From positions 1 to 30,486 of IMG/VR virus record IMGVR_UViG_3300010362_000073: a stretch of DNA of 30,486 nt, one strand, 5' to 3'. A model generated the notes under the pieces. It was given only the letters and a program-made list of their open reading frames with translations, made no database searches and had not been told where the DNA came from. Shown piece by piece: positions 24,539 through 30,486 of this stretch (within the stretch, counting starts at the first letter, position 1; each line of letters starts with the position of its first letter). The stretch comes from a virus (lineage: Duplodnaviria; Caudoviricetes). Both the position numbers and the translations under genes were made by a program.

Positions 24539-25414
24539 ATGGACAGCACAAAATCGGATGTGGTCGAAGACCATGCCGACGATCTCGAACCGGGAGACGC
24601 CGAGCTCGTGTCGCCGCAGGGCCTGCAGCTTGTAGGACCGTTGACGACAATCGGCGGGTTGTCGGCACCGGACGCTGCCACCGAGATCATCCTCGGCAAG
24701 CGCAAGATCGTGGCCGAGATGCTACGCACGTTCTCGTTGCAGATGTTGAGCCCGGCCGATGTGGTTCTGTTCAAGGCCCGCGACGAAGACGGCGGGCTCG
24801 TCGTGGCGTACATACAGGAATGCGGGTGCCAGCGGTATGCGCCGCTGTGGGGCGTCCGGTCGTACAACATCAGTAGGCCCGAGAAGATCGCGGGCGACGA
24901 GCCGGGCGAGTTTTACTACGTGATCACCGGGGACGGGGAGTGCTCGATCACCGGCCAACGGGTCGAGGGCATCGAGGGCGGCAGATCGAGCCTTGATGAT
25001 TTCTGCCGGGGCAAGCGCGGGGCCGAGCTCGAAATGCTCGTGCGAAAAGCGGCGCGGGCCAACTTCGAGAGCAACCTCACGCGACGACTCACCGGCACGC
25101 AGTCGGTGCCCGTCGAAGAGCTCGAACGGGCGTGGAAAGGGACGCACAAAAAGATTTCCGATTGCCGTCTCGGCCGTGGGTTCGGCACGAGGGCCGAACG
25201 CGTCGGTGCACCGGCCCCGGCTCCCGACGTGCCTGCGCCGTCCTGTGGCGTGTGCGGGAAGCCGGGGCGGTATTACCCCGCCACGAGGACGCGCGGAGCC
25301 TTCTACGGGTGCCCTGATTACGCCAAACACCCATCGCAGAAGTGGTCGCAGGATGCCGAGAAGTGGATCGCCGCGCACCCACCGGCCCCGCGTGAAGTCG
25401 GGCAGGAGGGATGA
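24539..25414 (+). CDS. Putative ssDNA-annealing/recombination protein with C-terminal Zn ribbon
   Basis: GGAGG RBS; C-terminal CGVCG...GAFYGCPDY; adjacent to an exonuclease. Function is inferred. Confidence 0.5.
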   Translation: MDSTKSDVVEDHADDLEPGDAELVSPQGLQLVGPLTTIGGLSAPDAATEIILGKRKIVAEMLRTFSLQMLSPADVVLFKARDEDGGLVVAYIQECGCQRYAPLWGVRSYNISRPEKIAGDEPGEFYYVITGDGECSITGQRVEGIEGGRSSLDDFCRGKRGAELEMLVRKAARANFESNLTRRLTGTQSVPVEELERAWKGTHKKISDCRLGRGFGTRAERVGAPAPAPDVPAPSCGVCGKPGRYYPATRTRGAFYGCPDYAKHPSQKWSQDAEKWIAAHPPAPREVGQEG

Positions 25415-25418
25415 CCCA

Positions 25419-25649
25419 ATGGCGTGCCCGATCTGCGGTGCGAACTGTAAATGTAAAAACCGAGGGCCGGGCGGCCTCTGCTGCGGGTGCCATAGGCACA
25501 AGGGCCAACGCGGCTACTCCCGAAGGGCCATCGACCGGTGGCGGGTCGATCATCGGCTCCCGCCGATCTCCGATGAGCAGTTCACGCGCCAGTACGAAAA
25601 ACCGAGTCTCGCCTCGTTGCCCTTTGATGGAACGGAGCCGGGCTTATGA
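25419..25649 (+). CDS. Small Cys-rich protein
   Basis: AGGAGG RBS; MACPICGANCKCK...LCCGCHRH. Confidence 0.65.
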   Translation: MACPICGANCKCKNRGPGGLCCGCHRHKGQRGYSRRAIDRWRVDHRLPPISDEQFTRQYEKPSLASLPFDGTEPGL

Positions 25650-26647
25650 CACCGACCGAATACGCGCAGCACATCTTGAGCTCGTGGGCCGTCTGGCTCG
25701 AACGTGATCAGCGGCCGACCGTCCCGCACCCGTATGCATACGCCTCGAACGCGTATCCGTGCCTGCGCCGCATCGTGTACGACATGCGCGGCACGCCCCG
25801 GCCACCGTGGGAGCCCGAGCGATTGGCCCGAATGAGAACCGGCAACGACAAGGAGCGCGACACGAAGGCCGACATGAACCAGATCGGGCGCGATGCCGAC
25901 CCACCGTTCCGCATTGTGGGCGATCAGCAACGCTTCACGGTCAACGGCCACGAGCGCAACAACGCCAGCCGGTTGATCGTCGTGGGCAAGATCGACGGGT
26001 TCATCGAGTGCAACGGCCTGCGGGCTCCGCTGGAAATAAAAAATTGGGCCTCGCACATCGTCTCGAAGATCGACACGTTCCCGGACCTGTATCTGCAGCC
26101 GTGGACGCGCAGCGGCGCGATCCAGCTACTGACCTACATGTACGCGAGTGATTCTCCGGTCGGCTTCATGGTCCTCACGCAAGCGGGCCTGCCGAAGATT
26201 CTGCCGGTGTCGCTCGAAGACCATCTCGATCACATCGAGGCCTTCCTCGTGATGGCCGAGCGTGCCCTCGATCACTTCGAGGCCGGAACGCTACCGCCGT
26301 ATCTCGAAGACGATCCGAACGAGTGCGCCCGGTGCCCATTCTTCGGCAGCGAATGCAACCCGCCACTTGTGCACGAGGCCGCAACCGTGCTCGACGACCC
26401 GGCCCTTGAAGCGGCCCTGAAACGACGCGACGAGCTCGCCTCGGCCGCGAAGGAATTCGAGGCGTGGGATACGGACATCAAGAAGCGCCTGCGTGGCGTC
26501 GAGGCCGGGGTCTGCGGTGAATTTCTGATTCGTGGGAAATGGTCGGCCTCGTCTCGGGTCGAGCTCCCGCCCGATCTGAAAAAGCAGTTCACGGTCAAGG
26601 ACGCGAAGGCCCGCTTCACGTTGGAGATCACGAGGGTTACGCCATGA
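25646..26647 (+). CDS. Cas4-like PD-(D/E)XK exonuclease
   Basis: N-terminal Cys (PCLRR), GKIDG, LEIK, QLLTY, CARCPFFGSEC (Fe-S staple pattern). Confidence 0.82.
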   Translation: MTPTEYAQHILSSWAVWLERDQRPTVPHPYAYASNAYPCLRRIVYDMRGTPRPPWEPERLARMRTGNDKERDTKADMNQIGRDADPPFRIVGDQQRFTVNGHERNNASRLIVVGKIDGFIECNGLRAPLEIKNWASHIVSKIDTFPDLYLQPWTRSGAIQLLTYMYASDSPVGFMVLTQAGLPKILPVSLEDHLDHIEAFLVMAERALDHFEAGTLPPYLEDDPNECARCPFFGSECNPPLVHEAATVLDDPALEAALKRRDELASAAKEFEAWDTDIKKRLRGVEAGVCGEFLIRGKWSASSRVELPPDLKKQFTVKDAKARFTLEITRVTP

Positions 26648-27078
26648 CCACGGCCCGTCGATATGCCGAGGCCACGCGGGTGCCGGTCTCGCAATCGCGG
26701 GCCGAGATCGAGCGGCTGCTCGAACGTCACAAGGCCGTGCAATACGGCACCGCCGTCGACTACATCGAGCGCAAGGCCCGCGTGCAGTTCCGTCTACACG
26801 ACCGCATCGTGCGATTCGTGATCAACCTGCCCGACTCGAATCGGCTGCGCGGGGCCAAGTTGGAACAGGCCGAGCGCCAGCGGTGGCGGGCGTTGCTACT
26901 GGTGTTGAAGGCCAAGCTCGAATCGGTGGAGAACCAGATCGAAACCTTCGAGCAGGCGTTCATGGCGAACGTCGTGCTCCCAAATGATCGAACCGTGGCC
27001 GACGTGATGTCGCCGCTGATTGCCACGGCTTACAAAGAGAACCGGCTTCCGCAGGGCCTGCTGACATCGGGTGATTGA
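26644..27078 (+). CDS. Conserved phage hypothetical protein
   Basis: 'YAEATRVPVSQSRAEIERLL...QRWRALLLVLKAKLE' is a motif I recognise from phage early regions. Confidence 0.75.
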   Translation: MTTARRYAEATRVPVSQSRAEIERLLERHKAVQYGTAVDYIERKARVQFRLHDRIVRFVINLPDSNRLRGAKLEQAERQRWRALLLVLKAKLESVENQIETFEQAFMANVVLPNDRTVADVMSPLIATAYKENRLPQGLLTSGD

Positions 27079-27080
27079 CG

Positions 27081-27599
27081 ATGATCCGATTGCGTGTCGA
27101 GCTCTCGTGGTTCGAAACCGAGTGGGCCGGGCTCGTCGGCATGAACCGCCGCATCGAGAGCTTGCGCGACCACCGGCAGGCGGGCCACGGCTTGCGCGAC
27201 GACGACGATCCGTGGACGAAAGATATCGAGGGCGCGGCCGGGGAACTGGCCGTCGCGAAGGCCATCGACCGGTTTTACTCGGGCTCGATCAACACGTTCC
27301 GCGAGGGCGGCGACGTGGGCCGGTTGCAGGTCCGCACGGCCCGCAACGAATCCGACCGGTTGATCATCCGCCCGGCTGATCGCGACGATGACCTGTTCGT
27401 GTTCGTGATCGGCCGCATTCCCGTCTTCGAGGTTGTCGGATGGATCTACGGTCGCGAGGGCAAGCGATCTCGGTACCTGTTCAATCGTGACCACAATCGG
27501 CCCCCGGCGTACTTCGTCCCGCAGATCGATCTCCGGTCACTCGATGACCCGGCCTTTCGAAAGGCGATTCGACTCGATGCGATGGTTCAACGGCATTGA
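27081..27599 (+). CDS. Putative restriction-endonuclease-fold protein
   Basis: 'EGAAGELAVAK...DVGRLQVRT' E...D-(Q)xR pattern. Confidence 0.55.
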   Translation: MIRLRVELSWFETEWAGLVGMNRRIESLRDHRQAGHGLRDDDDPWTKDIEGAAGELAVAKAIDRFYSGSINTFREGGDVGRLQVRTARNESDRLIIRPADRDDDLFVFVIGRIPVFEVVGWIYGREGKRSRYLFNRDHNRPPAYFVPQIDLRSLDDPAFRKAIRLDAMVQRH

Positions 27600-27618
27600 T
27601 CACGGAGTGGAGGCGGTC

Positions 27619-27915
27619 ATGACAACCGGCGCGTACTTCATTCGGCCCGATGGGCAACCGTACTTGCGTCTCTCGCTCGGTGGATTGCCGCTCTGTTACC
27701 GAGAGCCGATGTCGCACCCATACCTTGCCGACCTGCGGGGGCTGAATCCCGAGGTCACGCACCTTGAATTCAGGAAGACGCAGCCGGAATTCTACGGAGC
27801 GCCGCACGCCTCCGGCCGCATGTGGGTTGTGTACGTCTTTTCTCGTGCGCTGAAGATGATCGGCCCGCAGATCGATGAGACGTTCGAAGAGGTCTCGATT
27901 CAGGTGCAACGATGA
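27619..27915 (+). CDS. Hypothetical protein
   Basis: GGAGG RBS; ATGA coupling to the next gene. Confidence 0.65.
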   Translation: MTTGAYFIRPDGQPYLRLSLGGLPLCYREPMSHPYLADLRGLNPEVTHLEFRKTQPEFYGAPHASGRMWVVYVFSRALKMIGPQIDETFEEVSIQVQR

Positions 27916-28121
27916 ATGCCGAGGCCGAGGCGTTCGTGAAGGACTTCGATGCGCTCTGCCAGCGGCACGGCCTCGGGTTCGACGATGCGCTCGAAGTGCT
28001 CGCCACGTCCACGTGGGAAGACGGAGATCGGCAAGTCGTGGGCATCGTGCGCGATCTCCTGCATCTCGCAGCCGAGCAACTGCGGACGGCCGCGTTCAAC
28101 ATTTATGCGAGCTACAAGTGA
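27912..28121 (+). CDS. Hypothetical protein
   Basis: Coupled overlaps at both ends. Confidence 0.65.
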   Translation: MNAEAEAFVKDFDALCQRHGLGFDDALEVLATSTWEDGDRQVVGIVRDLLHLAAEQLRTAAFNIYASYK

Positions 28122-28342
28122 TCATCCGGTTCGGCTCCGAGTTTCTCGACTGCCGGTGGGACGACGACGATCTCGTCGTGTCGGATCTCCACAATCGCGA
28201 GCGCATCCGCGTGCGCTTCGATGTCCGCCACTTGCCGACGCGACCCGAGAGATTGGCTGCACTGATCGAGCTCGTCGACTCACGCGCGGTCTGCGGCGGC
28301 AAGCCGGAACCGATCAACCTCGATGGGAGCCCGGCCCGATGA
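28118..28342 (+). CDS. Hypothetical protein
   Basis: GTGA and ATGA coupling. Confidence 0.55.
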   Translation: MIIRFGSEFLDCRWDDDDLVVSDLHNRERIRVRFDVRHLPTRPERLAALIELVDSRAVCGGKPEPINLDGSPAR

Positions 28343-28452
28343 AGATCCGCTCGTCGTGTTGCAACGCCCCGATGGGCACCAAGCAGATCACCGCGAACGG
28401 CATCACGCGTGTGTGTTCCAAATGCGGCAAGGAATGGGTGCAGGTTCGATGA
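28339..28452 (+). CDS. 37-aa zinc-ribbon peptide
   Basis: SCCNAPM...CSKCGKE; ATGA coupling on both sides. Confidence 0.6.
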   Translation: MKIRSSCCNAPMGTKQITANGITRVCSKCGKEWVQVR

Positions 28453-28847
28453 AGCGACAACAACCAGCAGCGTTCCTCTTCTACGTCAACGACTTCCTTG
28501 CGGCCACGGAAGGGCTAACGGCTGAACAGGTCGGCGTCTATGTCCTGATGCTCGCAAACGAATGGCGAAACGGTGGTCCGTTCGACCTGTTGAAAACCTG
28601 TGGATGGTTAACGGCAAGGCTCCGAAGTAAACCGATCAGGACTAGGACCACGGTGGCCGCACTGCACGAGAAGTTCGCCCAGAACGATGAAGGCCTCTTT
28701 TTCAGTGAACGTCTCGAAGCTGAGCGGGAACGCACATCGGCGCGACGGGCTCGAAACCGACTCGGCGGCTTGGGACGCGCGGCAACGGCGGGCCGCGATC
28801 AGGGCAAATTCACACCAGCCAAACGCCAGCCGGGAGGCACCAGCTAA
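28449..28847 (+). CDS. DUF1376/YdaU-like replication initiator (short)
   Basis: 'FLFYVNDFLAATEGLTAEQVGVYVLML...W', 'SERLEAE'. Confidence 0.8.
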   Translation: MKRQQPAAFLFYVNDFLAATEGLTAEQVGVYVLMLANEWRNGGPFDLLKTCGWLTARLRSKPIRTRTTVAALHEKFAQNDEGLFFSERLEAERERTSARRARNRLGGLGRAATAGRDQGKFTPAKRQPGGTS

Positions 28848-28913
28848 TTAGGTTAGTACGTACCGTACAGAAGGGAACAACAAGCTATTTGGATGCTGTG
28901 GAAATGTGGAAAA
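28813..28913 (+). other. Candidate replication origin
   Basis: Three C(A/G)CCAGC repeats at 28813, 28824 and 28838; an AT-richer tract; tandem TGTGGAAAT/TGTGGAAAA DnaA-box-like sites at 28897-28913. Confidence 0.4.
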
Positions 28914-29172
28914 GTCGGGCGACTACCGGGGAGTAACACGGCGCGTATCAACTTCTGGACGAGCTCTCGAATCGAATCGAAAAACCGGAAGCACGATGGA
29001 GAACCCACGCGAGCAGGCACACTCAACGAGGTTGAAGCCGAGGCGGAAGCGAAAACGATCCGCGCAACTCGATCTCCCGCTCGACGAGTTTCAACAGGCC
29101 CGAGCCGAGGCACGAGAGCAGATCGAGAAACCGATTTCGGAGAAGGCCGATGAACGCAAACCTACTCGATGA
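28906..29172 (+). CDS. Hypothetical protein (frame and start uncertain)
   Basis: Plausible C-terminal helix; competes with overlapping ORF 28893-29153. Confidence 0.35.
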   Translation: MEKSGDYRGVTRRVSTSGRALESNRKTGSTMENPREQAHSTRLKPRRKRKRSAQLDLPLDEFQQARAEAREQIEKPISEKADERKPTR

Positions 29173-29410
29173 AGTGATCGACTTCTTGAATGCCAGCAAC
29201 GAGGCCGCGCTCGACGCCAGCGATCGCCATCCGGGCACCAACGTCGGCGTGGTGTTCACGAGTACGACCGTGTTCCTGCTCGCGCAGAGCCTCGAACAAC
29301 ATCGCGTCCATGAACGCGCCCATCTTCGGGCGTGTCGTCGATTGGCCGGGCTCGCGTTCCTCGTGGCCGTCGTGGCCCTCGTGCTCTCGCTCGTGAGGTT
29401 GCAGTTATGA
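29150..29410 (+). CDS. Hypothetical protein with C-terminal TM
   Basis: GGAGAAGG RBS; LAGLAFLVAVVALVLSLV. Confidence 0.65.
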   Translation: MNANLLDEVIDFLNASNEAALDASDRHPGTNVGVVFTSTTVFLLAQSLEQHRVHERAHLRACRRLAGLAFLVAVVALVLSLVRLQL

Positions 29411-29700
29411 GCACGCCGTTCGACCGCGTGCGTCGGCTCTTCGAAGGGCTCGAATCGGCGCGGCAGTCACACAAGGTCACGAACGGGGAAACGGTGGTCG
29501 CGTTGGCGTTCATGCTCGCGGCCGTTGTCCGGTCGGCCCCGACGAAAGAGAAGCGCGAGGAAGTATCGAATCTGATCGCCGCCGTCGTGCGCGATCCGTA
29601 CGGTGTGGCCTCGGCCACGTTGACCGGTTACTGCGGCGTCGATCTCGGAGACAACATTCTCGAAAGTTGGACCGATGAAGGAACAGGCCGAACGCATTGA
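29407..29700 (+). CDS. Hypothetical protein
   Basis: ATGA coupling; GAGG RBS. Confidence 0.65.
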   Translation: MSTPFDRVRRLFEGLESARQSHKVTNGETVVALAFMLAAVVRSAPTKEKREEVSNLIAAVVRDPYGVASATLTGYCGVDLGDNILESWTDEGTGRTH

Positions 29701-29872
29701 CGCGCTGATCGTGAAGCTGGATCGGCAGGGCGACAAGGTTGCCGCCGTCTTCAACGAACTGTATCGAGTCACTGACTTGATGTACGCCACGGCCGCAGAG
29801 CTCCGGCGTTCCTCGGGTGCGCTCGTCACCATCGGCACTGCGGCTCGAAGGAAACGACGTGCCCGTCGCTGA
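29675..29872 (+). CDS. Hypothetical protein
   Basis: Helical 65 aa in operon context. Confidence 0.55.
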   Translation: MKEQAERIDALIVKLDRQGDKVAAVFNELYRVTDLMYATAAELRRSSGALVTIGTAARRKRRARR

Positions 29873-30077
29873 TGACCGGGGGCCGAATGCCGGGGCCGAC
29901 ATGGCCGGGGCGATGTGCTACATCTGCCACGCCACCCTCGAAGAAGTCGGCACCCTCTTCGGCTGCTTCCATTGTGGCCGGGTCATGATGTGCCGACCGC
30001 ATATCGGCGGGCTGATTACCGTGGACGGCCACGTGCGGGCGGTGTGTTGCGTGTGCCTGCGGTTACCGGAGCACTGA
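29859..30077 (+). CDS. Small Cys-rich (Zn-finger-like) protein
   Basis: CYIC, CFHC, CRPH, CCVC; start uncertain. Confidence 0.55.
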   Translation: MPVADDRGPNAGADMAGAMCYICHATLEEVGTLFGCFHCGRVMMCRPHIGGLITVDGHVRAVCCVCLRLPEH

Positions 30078-30082
30078 CGCCG

Positions 30083-30486
30083 ATGCCGCACTCCGCTTCA
30101 CGTGCCTGCGTTCATCCCGGTTGCCGGGAGCTCGTCCGCACCGGCTCTCGATGCCCGGCTCACACGACGGCACGCCCGTTCACGGCAGGTCGGAAGTTGT
30201 ATTACACGGCCCGGTGGCGACGGCTCCGACTCGTCGTGATCGCCGAGGCCAACCACACGTGCGCGATCTGTCGTCATGTGTTCGTCGAGCTCGAAGTCGA
30301 TCACATCGATCCGCACGAAGGCGATGAAGGAAAATTTTGGCGGCGGTCGAACCTGCAGGCGTTGTGTGCCGGGTGCCATTCGGAGAAAACGCAACGAGAG
30401 CAACAGCGATCACCCGGTGCCGGTCAGGGGGGGACGGGCCTGCGTGGGGGGGGCGTTTCGTCTCAATCGGAGGACGCCTCGCAAAC
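30083..30486 (+). CDS. HNH endonuclease (HK97 gp74-like); open at window end, not in ORF track
   Basis: MPHSASRACVHPGC...RCPAH...YYTARWRRLR...CAIC...EVDHIDPH...NLQALCAGCHSEKT; no stop before 30486. Confidence 0.92.
   Translation, partial: MPHSASRACVHPGCRELVRTGSRCPAHTTARPFTAGRKLYYTARWRRLRLVVIAEANHTCAICRHVFVELEVDHIDPHEGDEGKFWRRSNLQALCAGCHSEKTQREQQRSPGAGQGGTGLRGGGVSSQSEDASQ

Noticed and set aside
30427-30453. G-runs as a functional G-quadruplex
   Set aside because: G-tracts are common beside cos in this phage type; no independent support.

Overview
The window looks like an essentially complete ~30.5 kb genome of a GC-rich temperate siphovirus with HK97-like, cos/HNH-type packaging. It opens at the terminase small subunit and closes with an HNH endonuclease that runs off the right end. 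Gene order: terS; an inserted ParB + GREB1/TAGT-type glycosyltransferase + Cys/His-rich cassette; terL; small RHH gene; protease-capsid fusion; portal; head/neck/tail genes with a -1 frameshift chaperone; tape measure; LamG tail-tip protein; tail fibre with S74 chaperone; a leftward accessory operon; putative attP; an atypical tyrosine integrase; an RHH gene; a divergent control region; and a rightward early operon (AlpA/Xis-like, recombination protein, Cas4-like nuclease, DUF1376 initiator, small ORFs, HNH). Main leads: (1) a DNA-glycosylation-type cassette with no recognisable hydroxylase partner; (2) an identical 18-bp hairpin motif before terL and before an internal ATG of the protease-capsid fusion; (3) a readable attP whose 10-bp-phased repeats recur upstream of the Xis-like gene (Cox-like switch, no CI seen); (4) an integrase lacking the first catalytic Arg; (5) a candidate four-way-junction RNA in the tail operon; (6) an RNAP alpha-CTD-like protein; (7) no recognisable endolysin; (8) apparent restriction-site avoidance. 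All family calls are by-eye motif recognition; no searches were run.
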